A stretch of DNA of 58,322 nt, filler included, from Diploschistes diacapsis (Eukaryota), in assembly GCA_023645945.1 (NCBI GenBank). It is 4 parts of 4 records of this genome, joined end to end, with 100 filler letters (N's around TTAATTAATTAA, not from the genome) between each part and the next. Parts side by side here need not be neighbours in the genome. Positions count along the whole stretch, not along the records: positions 1 to 14,541 come from JALAIB010000601.1; positions 14,642 to 29,167 come from JALAIB010000602.1; 2 more parts are not named here. One strand, given 5' to 3'. Within the stretch, counting starts at the first letter, position 1, and every line of letters begins with the position of its first letter. The notes under the pieces were generated by a model. That model was not told the DNA's origin. It did not search any database and saw nothing but the letters and a program-made list of their open reading frames with translations. Shown here piece by piece: positions 12,460 through 23,291 of this stretch. The translations under genes were made by a program, and so were the position numbers.

Positions 12460-14024
12460 TTACCGGCAGTCCTTGTACCTCTCCTTCCTTCGACTGTCGT
12501 CCCTGTTGGGCCTTTGGTCACGATCGCGACTGTAGTTCCTCGTGCTTTCGCGGTGACGGCGAGGTGAGCGGCCACGTCTATAGGGACTCCGGCTACGACT
12601 TCGACGTCTTCTGTTTTCCTCATAGGAGGAATCTTTATAAGTGTAGCCGCTAGTCTTATCTCGCCCCTCGCGGATTTCCTGCTTATCGAAAACCATTCCG
12701 TAGCGGTTAGGGCGGCGCTCATTGTTGATTTCCCTATACTGCCGCTTCTTCTCAAGCCCTGAGATGCCGCCAAAGCCTCTGTGATCGGCCCTCTTAGCAT
12801 TGGTCGCTACCCTCCATGAGTCGGAAAGCTTGGACACCTTTGCATGGTCAGCTTGGCAATTTGAAGCTCTCTATACTTCCTACGCTTTGGGAAAAGTCGA
12901 CATGAATGCGATGATCGTCTATCAAGACACCCTCCATCTTAAAGTATGCCTGTTCGCAGTCCTTCTGTTGTTCGAACTCTATGAAGGCGTACTGAAGACT
13001 ATCGCCGGTCCGTTTATCCCGGATCACTTCGCAGGAGAGAATCTTGCCGAAGCGACTAAAAATAAGTTCCAAGTCCTCATCTGCCAGGTATCAGCAGTTT
13101 TGTTGTATGTTTGGAGAAATACCCTACCTTGTGTAATAGGATTCATCTTGCAAACGAATAGAATGTGTTCCGGCGGCTTCACGTCAGCGAAAGGAAGGTC
13201 ACCAACCATCTCCAGAGTGAGTGCTTGTGCCTAAAAACCGTTAAACGCACATCCATAAGAAGAGTAAACCCAAGGATACTTTAGCCTCCCTCTCTCTCCG
13301 CATCTTTGCTAGCATCTCTTGGTCGGCGTTGTCGTCGATCTCCTCATCGTCCGCAATTCTCACTGTAGCAAGTTGGGCCTTCGTCGGGAGTGGGCTCGCA
13401 GGCTCAACTAGGCCAGGGGGATCTTGATAGGGATCATCGAGTACGACTGTGTGCCTGAGACGGATATCCTTAAGTGGCCGGCCTTTTTCGTCGATGAAAG
13501 AATCATTGATCTTCTCCAGTGTGTCGAAGCCTTCGACAACCTTGCCGAAAATCGCAGCTTTCCCATCCAAGTAGTCTAGATTGTCTCCCAAGGTAATGAG
13601 AAATTGACTAGCGGCAACACGTGATTCTGGGTCATGCGGTCCTGGAGCAGTGGCCATGCTCACTGTACCTCGCTCGGTATGCCTGAGTTTGGTGTGAAAA
13701 TCTGCTTGGTATTCCTTCTTTGAAGGACCGTGCAATAAGCCCCAAATCGAAGAACCCCCATCGCTGTCTTTAGAGTCCGGTCCAAGGGGATCGCCAGTTT
13801 GGAAAGAGAACCCTTTTTGCACGGTATGTACAGGGGAAAAATTGTAGAATTTGACCTTGCATAGCTTCAAGAAGCTAGATCATGTGTATTGTCTTAGTTC
13901 CTTGTTTTCAGCGTGGACAGTATTTTATAGTTGCAGCAACTCACTTTTCGCATGACTGTGGAGCGTAGTCCGTCAGGAGGTCTATGACAATATCTCCAAG
14001 GGAGGTTTCTAGCAGAACCGACAT
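12460..14024 (-). CDS. PPIL4: Cyclophilin-RRM protein (PPIL4/Rct1 family)
   Basis: [26 protein letters not shown] and [17 protein letters not shown] cyclophilin motifs; RRM ([33 protein letters not shown]); RS/RD-rich tail. Confidence 0.93.
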
Positions 14025-14111
14025 TTTCAATGGAGTGATTCAAGATTTGAAGTGCAGGTCATAATTAACTCTATACCATTCAAATATTCAGACGATTGAC
14101 GCCTCGAGTTA

Positions 14112-14322
14112 ACATGTTTCACCACGAAACGAATCACCCCACGAAGCGGAACACTACATTATAATGTAATTACGCTAGATCGAGCGCTTCCATATTTGTA
14201 CGAAGCTAAATCTATTCTCAATCACACTACCCCGTTCTTCGGCCTTTAAGAAATACACTTTACGAAGGTGCAGGGATTGTATTCCGCTTCGTGGGGTGTT
14301 CCGTTTCGTAATAAAAACACGT
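14112..14322. mobile_element. MITE copy 1 (~210 bp, ~40-bp TIRs, TA flanks), Tc1/mariner pogo/Fot1-like
   Basis: TA|ACATGTTTCACCACGAAACGAATCACCCCACGAAGCGGAA ... TTCCGCTTCGTGGGGTGTTCCGTTTCGTAATAAAAACACGT|TA; homologous copies at 14642-14817 and 29588-29797. Confidence 0.85.
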
Positions 14323-14327
14323 TATTA

Positions 14328-14480
14328 ACGTGTTTCATAAATCATCCGCCTATATAAGTCATCCGCCCATTTATTTCTCCTTCTACATGTTTTTAACCTT
14401 ATAACATAACTAATTTAAATTATAATTAAATTTCTTTTATTTAAATAATATTATAGCGTTGCGAGCATATACGAATAATG
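14328..14480. mobile_element. Terminus of a second pogo/Fot1-like element followed by AT-rich (RIP-like) DNA
   Basis: TA|ACGTGTTTCATAAATCATCCGCCTATATAAGTCATCCGCCC: ACGT start plus an internal direct repeat (TCATCCGCC x2). Confidence 0.6.
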
Positions 14481-14541
14481 TAGGTTGGCCGTCACGGACA
14501 CTGACACGGCTGTGTCCGTGACACGGACACGGCCGTGGCAG
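14481..14541 (+). mobile_element. hAT-like transposon end with (G)ACACGG subterminal repeats, running into the gap
   Basis: TAGGTTGGCCGTCACGGACACTGACACGGCTGTGTCCGTGACACGG matches the reverse complement of 29415-29464. Superfamily assignment is inference. Confidence 0.6.
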
Positions 14542-14641
14542 NNNNNNNNNNNNNNNNNNNNNNNNNNNNNNNNNNNNNNNNNNNNTTAATTAATTAANNN
14601 NNNNNNNNNNNNNNNNNNNNNNNNNNNNNNNNNNNNNNNNN
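14542..14641. other. Assembly gap with TTAATTAATTAA linker
   Basis: 100-nt N block containing a six-frame stop linker. Confidence 0.98.
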
Positions 14642-14817
14642 AGCGGGTCACAATCCCTGCACCTTCGTAAAATGTATTTCTTAAAGGCCGAAGAACGGGG
14701 TAGTGTAGTTGAGAACAGATTTAGCTTCGTACAAATATGGAAGCGCTCGACCTAGCGCAACTACATTATAATGTATGACACGCTTCGTGGTGTGACCCGT
14801 TTCCTGTTGAAACACGT
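14642..14817. mobile_element. MITE copy 2, inverted relative to copy 1, one TIR mostly lost in the gap
   Basis: Reverse complement aligns along its length with 14112-14288; ends AAACACGT|TA. Confidence 0.85.
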
Positions 14818-15767
14818 TAACGCCGGTCCCAGCCATGATGACATTGAAGCGCTCCTCATGCATGCGTCCAGAGAAGGCCTGAAAATGCCCCTGAGGCATA
14901 TGGACTTTTGAAAGCTGTCCAGATCTGTTTGACATGCCTGATTAACTGATTGTGGCCTCACAAACTTTTTGTACGGCAAGTGTTCCAGAGGCTGCAAGAA
15001 AAGGGAAGCAGCAGGGAGTTCAGGGGCCTCGCTTAATCTCCCGTATGCGGTTATAACTTACCCTTAGGGCTGTTGACCAACGTCAACAACTCGCTGAGCC
15101 CCAGCAGTTTCGTGTTCAGAACTTCAGATGTTACCTACTACTAGTATACCAGGTTGAGTTGTTCTACTCTGTGTCTGCGCGGCTCAAAGTTTCTTCCTGC
15201 TATTATGGTACTATGTCTCCATCACACAGTCGCATGGTCAGCATCTTTCAAACACCAGCTGCTGACTGACTTGGAGCCGATAATACCAGCGCATCCTGCT
15301 TCTCGACTGCGAAGATGAAGGTGGAGATTACCAATTCATTCTTTACTCCTTCTGAATTACTACCTCAAAGGGCTGTACTGCAAGCAAGAGCAGCAACAGT
15401 TCCTCTTTTGGCCAACAACAGGTAGGGTGTCATTCACTGCAATCCGTCAACACAAACTCAGAGCTGAGACTGCACGCTTTGATCCCCCGCCCCCATTGTA
15501 CGACAGCTGTCTGGGTTGAAATAGACGCACTGAACCTGCACTGTGTATCTACTGTTCTCATCTTTCTTTATTCTTCTATTTTAGAGCGCTTGCTACTTTC
15601 TATTCGCGCGTACACGTTTGCTCGTGTATGATTCTTTTCTCTTCTTGAAGAAGATCGTTGCAGTCTTTGAAACACTTCCACTTTCGCCTTTATTTCCAAT
15701 CCTACCGAATAGCTTCATTATCACTTTCGCTTCTATTCTTAATCCTCGGTCTATTACACGTCACAAA

Positions 15768-16995
15768 ATGGGTGCTCCCGAACGCCCACCAGCGAATGGC
15801 TTCGTCCGCGTAGCCCGCAAAGTCTACAACCCCATCGGCTTCAAGAAGGGTTACAACTTTATCCTCTTTTTCATCTTCAACGGCGCCCTCTTCGGCTTCA
15901 CCCTCGCTCGTCTCGAATATCTCTCCATCTGGGGTGTCTTTTGCAATGCTTCCTCTGCTCCACAAGGTGTCAACGGCGCTGCGCCAGGCGAATGTAAGAA
16001 CTCCCACCGGAACCTACCTTTGCCCTTTCCCCTCCATGCAGTCTTACCCTCTGAATCCAAATTAACACAACACCACCCCAGGCTACTGGTACGCCAACTT
16101 CCCAACCCTCAAAGCCGGCATAACTCTGCACCTCTCCTGCGTGCTGCCCGCCGCCCTGCTCGCCGTCTTCCAATTCGTGCCCATAATCCGCTACAAGATC
16201 ATGATCTGGCACCGGGTCGCCGGCCACCTGATCATCCTGCTCCTCCTCTGCGGCCTCGTCGGTGCGCTGATGATCGCCAACCACGCCTTCGGCGGCGACT
16301 TCGCCGTGCAGACCTGGGTGGGCGCGACCTCCATCATGGTGGTGTTCAGCATGTCCATGGCCTACGCCAACATCAAGCGGCTCCAGATTGACCAGCACCG
16401 CGCGTGGATGCTGCGCACCTGGTTCTACCTCGGCACCATCATCACGCTGCGGCTCATCATGATCATCGGCGCGCAGATCCTGGCCGCCTGGCCGGCGCAT
16501 GAACAGTACACCGCCGTCCCCTGCGCCGAGATCCAGTGGATGTACGGCGGCTCGGCCGCGTACACGGTCAGCCAGTACCCGATGTGCGCCAACTCCTCCA
16601 CCGCGACGAGCATCAACCCCTCCGCCTACGCCCTGGTCCTCGGCAACATGAACACCGGCGACCCGACCATGGTGGCCGTCGGCATGGGCCAGCTGTTCGG
16701 GCCGTCCGGATGGCTGGCCCTGTTCCTGCACGCGGTCGGCGTCGAGATGTACCTGCGGCTGACGCCGCGCGAGAACGAGCGCCTAAAGCGCGTCTCGTAC
16801 GAGAGGCAGCTCGAGCGCGGCTTCAAGCACCCGGGTGCCGCGGGCCTGACGCCGGAGCGGCTCGGCGATAGCGATCCGTACGTGCTGCGGGAGGAGGCGG
16901 CGGCGAAGAGGCACGGGGCGGTGAGGTGGGGCAGCAGTGGGAGCGAGGCGGGTCGGGAGCCGGTCATGGAGATTTCGGCGCCCAGGTTGAAGTAG
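15768..16995 (+). CDS. Multi-pass membrane protein, DUF2306-like; intron 15994-16081
   Basis: YNPIGFKKGYNFILF, GAAPGEC|YWY, FQFVPIIR..HRVAG, IKRLQIDQHRAWMLRTWFY, WLALFLHAVGVEMYLRLTPRENERLKRVSYERQLERG. Confidence 0.85.
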
Positions 16996-17759
16996 ATGGG
17001 GAGGGTTTGCGTGAGGTTTGAGAGGTGGGTGGGAGTAGGGTGGTTGAGGGGGGCTTGATGTCGACTCTGATGCTCGTTCGGTCGTTCGGGCATAGGCGTT
17101 GGATCTTTGGGTCTTTTGTTTCAAGTTTTGGTTTCGTCCCATTATCTATCGTTTAGCTAGGACGTCTTCTACTATCTAAATTTTTACCTCTCCAAGCCAG
17201 CGATCTAGGTTATCTCATTTCCAACCAAAGCTTCTAAAATCCTACGGGAACAATCCATAATAAATTCACGGCTTGGGAACAAGTAGCAACTTCCCGCTGC
17301 TCGATTTTTTCCGTCGCCATCCCATTGCGCTCGCCGTGCTCGTATCTAAGAAGCTGTGGAGGTTCCACCCGGATGATAGAATAGATGCATGCACATGTGC
17401 TGCAGCTGCGGGCACTGGCTGGGTATAGTTGATCAGCACCAGATACTTTGCCGAAAACTCAAGCGATCAAACTACCCCGGGTGCATGCGTATTGTGTATG
17501 AGGTAGGCCAGGCGGTTTGAAAGCTATATACTGACGGTGCGGGATGCTATAGGGATGGGACATGCGAGGAAGGGATATTCTAGTAAAGAGAGACAGACAG
17601 ATAGAGGCGCTTGAATAGAATGTCACCAACCGATGCATTGCTAAAGAAAAGTGGCAAAATTCAGACGCTTGCGCTGTGCGCTGGGTATCTAACGCTACTC
17701 GCTAAGGGGGTATCTAAACGTGCTTAATGCAGAAAACCAGCCGTCACTATAGAGACCCT

Positions 17760-20700
17760 TCATCTCATCAAGACGTAAGGCGTCTGAGCGCCCTGGAGCA
17801 TATCCCAAGGATTCATCGTCCCCATGGGATCCATCATTTGTTTCCCCCCAAAATGCCTTCCATTCCCCTTCTTCTCTTTCTTGGCCGGCCTCACCACATA
17901 TTTCCAGTCTCCATACACCTCATCCCTATACTCCTGCCAGGCTCCTATATTTCCCTCCAACACCTGCAGCGGACACCTCACCTTCTCCTTCTCCGCCCTC
18001 CACGCCAGCGCCTGCTCTTGCTCCTTCACTCTCAGTTCCCATTCTACCTTCGGCGCTGGCGAGTCCTTGTACAGTCTTGCCGCCTCCGCACCCAACAGAT
18101 TCTGCTTTGTAACCTGTTTTCGCGGCGTGACAGGCACGCTGGCGATTGTGGCCGCAACCTTCTGTACAGCGGCACTTGTGTCTGTGCGCGAGGACTGAAT
18201 CGAACCTCGCAAATTCTTAACCATGATGACGAGGGATTTGACGTTTTCTTCCAGCACGAAGTTTGTAGCCAGGACCTGCTGGCGGAGGTTCTCGTCGATT
18301 TGGTCAGGAGCCGGCTTTGTGCCTGCGACAGCAGCCTGCGACTTCAGCGTTTCCTTCTCCATCTCTGCGGTGTGCAGCTTGGCCTCGGCTTCCACTAGGC
18401 GCTTTGTAAGGGCGTGCTCACTGTTCTCAAGCTTGCTGATGGTCGTCTCAAGCTCTTTGAGTTTCTCGCGCTTGCCGCCTGATTCGCCGACGCGCTTCTT
18501 GAGAACTTCAACGGTCACGCTCATTTCTTCCATAGCCTTGTCCTTCAAGATAAGGGCAGTGTTCTTCTCGACAATCTCATCGCGAGCGTGGCTGAGGTCG
18601 AGAACGCTCTGCTGTAGGACTGAAACGTGATCTTTCACTTGTTGGGCAACGGTGTTCCACGGTGCCTGAGACACGTTGGATGGAAATTCCACAGCTTGCT
18701 TTATAGAGCTGGTCAAGCTGTAAAAGTCTTGAATCTGTTTGCTCGCTATTTGAGCTTTGGAGTAGAGTGAAGAGAACGGAGTGGAATCGCCGGATCCAAT
18801 GGCTTTGATAATATCACGGTATGCTAGGTCGTCTTCTCGACCTTCTTCGTTAGCGACGGCGGCCGTGGACATTCCGGATGCCAAGCAAGCTGCAAGAAGC
18901 TCTTTGGAAGAGTTCTGGTACTGTTCGATTGACGATAAAGTCGGCTCATCAAGTGTCAATGACCGGCTTGCAAGCTCATCGAGTTGCTGGATAGACTTTT
19001 CAGCCGTCACTTTGGCACTGCGAAGCTGAGCGACGAATGCATCAGCCTTCTGCAGGAAATCCTGTGCTTCCTGCTCGACGTCCTCATCTGCCTCAACAGG
19101 AAGCAAAACTCGTGCTTGCGAAATCGCTTTAATATGAGTGGCAGCATAGATTGCGCTATCGAAGTTGCTTTGCATAAGCCTAGCCCTCATGTACACATCC
19201 TGCGCGTAATCTCGGAGACTCTCAGAAACATGGATTTCGGCAAGGTGCTCCATGATAGCAATAGACCTGTCTAGTTCACTAGAGCACAGCTTCTCCCGTA
19301 ACGTGTCCTTCTTCAAAGCTTCGATCCACGCGTTGAACCCACGCTCGACCGGCTCAAGATCATACAAAGCGCCCCCCAACTTCCTAAAAGACTCGAGAGA
19401 ACAGGATTCGACAAAGACAGAAAATCTCTCACTTGTGGCGTTTATCCAGGTCAACTTGACCAGCATCTCGCAAGCGTAGAACATGTCATCTTCGCGGCCT
19501 GGCACTGCAACGCCCCCGAGGCGTTCCTTAATGAATGCATGAACCATATTCGCCTTAAAGCCTACTCTTTTGAGGCGGAGTAGAGCATTTATGGACTCGC
19601 GTGCGGCCGAGTAGCCTTCTGGTAAGAAAGGTTGGATAATGGCGAGATGCTGTGTCGCTTCCTGAACCTGCAATCGCTGAAGCTCAAGGTCAATAGCTTT
19701 GACCTGCGTCTTCGATGCTGTACTTTGCAGGTGGTTGTTCAGATCCATCATTGCACGGGTTCGGTTTGCTAACTCGCTGGCTTCTGTCTCCGACAGCTGC
19801 TGCGACGCTTGCATTTCATGCAGATCCATCTGCAAAGTCGACACCAAGTCCCTGAAGCGAGTCACAGTGTACTCGAGATCTTGGATTGACTCATTCTTCG
19901 CTTCATTTTGCCGAACCTGATCAAGATAGAGAGCCTCCTGGTAGTCAATCTCGTCCTGCAGCTGTTTCTCTGTGTCGGCGTGAGCAAGCTCAATTTCCTC
20001 GTTCAGTTCTTTCAAGTCTTCAAGATCCTCGATCTCCGTCTTCATGCCATCCATTCTTTCTATTAGGGATTGGTTTCGATCTGTGAGCTCTTCAATCATC
20101 TCATCTGCGCCGAGCGCAGCCTCTAAATTCTCGCGCAGAGTTTCCACATCGGCTTCCGAATCATTCAGCTTCCTTTGAGTTTCTTCGAACATATCCCGGT
20201 AAGCCCTCAGCTCGTCTACTTCCCGCTCAAGGCTCTGAACAGTCGACTTCATATTGTCCTCGGAGTCTTGGGTCATGTCCCGCAGGCGCATCAATGCCTC
20301 ACGTAGTCGCTCATTCTCTTTCTCTAGGTGAATCCACCCATGAGCTGCCTTCTCTTCGGGATCCACATCTTTACTGAATTCTTCATTCTCGTCACGCAAC
20401 ACTTCAACTTCTAGTTCCAACTCCTCAAGCCTAGCCTTTATTGTGTTAAGTTCTGCTTGGAGCGCCTCGGCCTTCTCTTCAGCCATCTCCCGATCCAGAG
20501 TAGCCATTTCGACAGCTGTGTCAATATCAAGGGCTTGGCTTTCGCTTGCGTCGGCACTAGCTTCTGCCTCCTTGACTCGCCTTCTCAATTCTGTGAGCTC
20601 TTGTTGCTGGGGCTGCAACTTGGCCTCCAACTTTTGGATGATGCTCTTATACTTGTCACGATCTTCCTCGGTTTTTCCCAACATTTTGATTCTCTCCCTA

Positions 20701-21810
20701 TCTTCGATGCGCTTTTTCTCAAGGACCCTGATTTTCACCTCGAGCTCTTCAACTTTCTTGTTATTTGCTGCTGCACTCCCTGTACCCCTCTGACTGATAC
20801 TTGAAACTCGTGGTCTATGATTCAAGGGTGGTCTTGTTACTAGTGGCTGAGTAGGGGCCGAAGCTTGAAATAAAGGCGGGCTTAAGATTGCCTCCACAGG
20901 TTGAGACACGGGTGGGCTCAAGGGTGCTTCAATACGAGCTCCCTGGTCGCTCGTCGGAGTAGGTATTCCTTCCGCCTCTTCGCTTTCATGAGGCGATGGC
21001 AAGTCATTGGGCGCGCTAGATTGAGTACTAACACTGGCCGCATCAGACTTACCATTCGTATTCTTTCGTAATGTAGAAAGGCGGTTGGCTGGCCTTTGCG
21101 GGGCAGCTGCGGGAGCTCTCGCTGCTGCAGCTGTTGTACCAATTGTCGATACTCGTGACGATCTTTGTATTCCAACAATAGCTGGAGGGACCATTGAAGA
21201 CCTAGGAGCCATGCTTGTCCTGCTCTTACTAGTGGCTGCAGCATTTTTGGACGTCGAGGTGACTGACGTTGATTGGGTGCTTGGAGAGCCAGCAGAAGGC
21301 CGTAAGGGTGCTTGCAGCAACGCCAACTTTGCAGGAGACTACACTAAGTTAGCTACAGCTTAGATAGGACATGCTCCAAACTTCTACCTTCAAATTTCTC
21401 AGTGGTGCCTTCGTGCTCGGGGTAGGGCTGACATTAATACTTCCACGCTTCGCGGTAGGGTCGATAACGCTCTGACGCCTCAATGGGTTTTGAGGTCCGA
21501 TGATACTCGAGGGGCGAGACTTGGCTGCATGTCCGTTGGGCTGAACCAGAGGTTTCTTGATTGGTTGTGCAGGGACGTCTGCGGTGACGATTGCTGCCAC
21601 TGGTCGGACAAACATGCCATGTGCTGAAGGACATTGAAAGTACCGTTGTCCTTGAACAGCACCATCATTCTTTCCAGAGGCGTCATCGAGCTCAACGCCA
21701 ACCCAGTCCCCAGATGCAAAGTGCGTGCAACCTACGAAACGGACTGTTCCTGAGCGGCCGTCCTGTATCTGGATAGTCTGTCCGACTTTGAAGTCGGAAA
21801 GCACGCCCAT
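17760..21810 (-). CDS. NIP100: Dynactin p150Glued subunit (Nip100/NudM/Ro-3); intron 21339-21387
   Basis: CAP-Gly domain (GTVRFVG, WVGVELD, GKNDGAVQGQRYFQC, GMFVRP), basic Ser/Pro linker, and long coiled coil with EMATLDREMAEEKAE and ENERLREALMRLRD. Confidence 0.95.
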
Positions 21811-22298
21811 GGCTGCAAGTTGGCCTTACGAGCCAAGAAGGTGAGTGAGATAGTGAGGAGAGGTTTATAGAACGCTTTGCAGAGCCTTTGACAGCAGATC
21901 GAATTGTTAAAACGCTAGCAAACGATGGCAGTCGCTGAAACTATGTGAAAAGCAGGATATCGAAGTTATGAGGAAAACCAATGGTGGGGAGGAAACCGTA
22001 GATACCCAAAGCGCGGTGTTATTTCTTTAAAACGGTGATGGGTGACGCGCAGAGGTAAAAAAACACCTGAGATTAGCTGGAGAACTATCGAGCTTACGTC
22101 TTTTAACTTAAAGCCCGTGGATTTAGCATCCATCTCTAAATTACAGTCACCACTTGTACTTGGGCGTTCTTGGCCCAAGTTCGAAACTTCGTCAAGGCCA
22201 GAAAGCTAGAGAGGTGTGATCAATCGCAGGTCAGACACCGGTCCATAATAAGTGTCACCCACAGCTGTGCTTATAACAATCCTAGGCACAGTAGTACT

Positions 22299-23291
22299 AT
22301 GGCAGATCAATTGGTAACACTCTCGGTACTGTCAAAGGGCAAACCATTCGAGAATGTACCCTCAGAGATTGCTGTGCCCAAGGGGGCTCCAGCTTCGGAA
22401 ATATATCAGCAATTGGCTGCGCGAATAGGCACGTCGGTTCATCAAGTCCGGATTACCAAAGGAAGCGATGGCACAGTGGTACCTAACGACAAGGAGGTTC
22501 CCATTCTCCAGACTGGCCTTCTTGACGGCAGCAAGATATACGTGAAAGACTTGGGTGAGCTTTCTGAGTTCCCTTGTCTAGCTCATTCTGGCTAACGAGC
22601 TCTGTTTCCAGGAGCTCAACTCGACTGGCGTACTGTTTATGTTGTCGAATACTTTGGCCCTCTCCTCATCCATCCGCTTATGTTCCAGTTTCGCCACTAT
22701 ATATTCTCGAATCCTACCCCGAGCTCCTACTTCCCACCACCGAGCTTCGTTCAGTCCCTCTCTCTTCTTCTCCTAACATTACATTTTCTCAAGCGTGAAG
22801 TTGAAACTGTTTATGTTCATCGCTTCTCGAACGTCACCATGCCCTTCTCCAACATCTTTAAGAACTGCGGGCATTACTGGCTACTCGCCGGCGTCTTCAT
22901 TGCTTACTTCACATACTCTCCCGCTGCCCCTGCCGCAGGTGGCCTCAATCCTCTCCTCACCATACCAGGCGTTATACTCTTCCTCTATGGAGAGCTAGCC
23001 AATCTTTACACCCACCTCGTGTTACGATCGCTGCGTAAGCCAGGTACAAAAGAGAGACAAATACCTCGCGGTTTCGGCTTCGGTTGGGTAACGTGTCCCA
23101 ACTACATGTTCGAGTCGATCGCATGGTTAGGTTTGATCATGGTGACGAAGAGTTGGGCCACCGCTGTTTTCACGGCGGTTGGGTTCGCACAGATGGCAGC
23201 ATGGGGTAAGAAGAAGGAGAGGGCGTACAGGAAAGAATTTGGGGACAAGTACAAGAAGAAGAGATTCGTTCTCATGCCTGGGCTAGTGTGA
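22299..23291 (+). CDS. TSC13: Very-long-chain enoyl-CoA reductase; intron 22555-22611
   Basis: Ubiquitin-like N-terminus, VKDLG|AQLDWRTVYVVEYFGP, HFLKREVETVYVHRFSNVTMP, NIFKNCGHYW, VTCPNYMFE. Confidence 0.95.

Noticed and set aside
14586..14597. TTAATTAATTAA motif present three times
   Set aside because: Artificial scaffold linker inside N gaps.
15970..17142. Long overlapping and antisense ORFs over DUF2306, and similar ones over dynactin, WD40 and MSB1
   Set aside because: Shadow ORFs caused by high GC and codon bias of the real genes.
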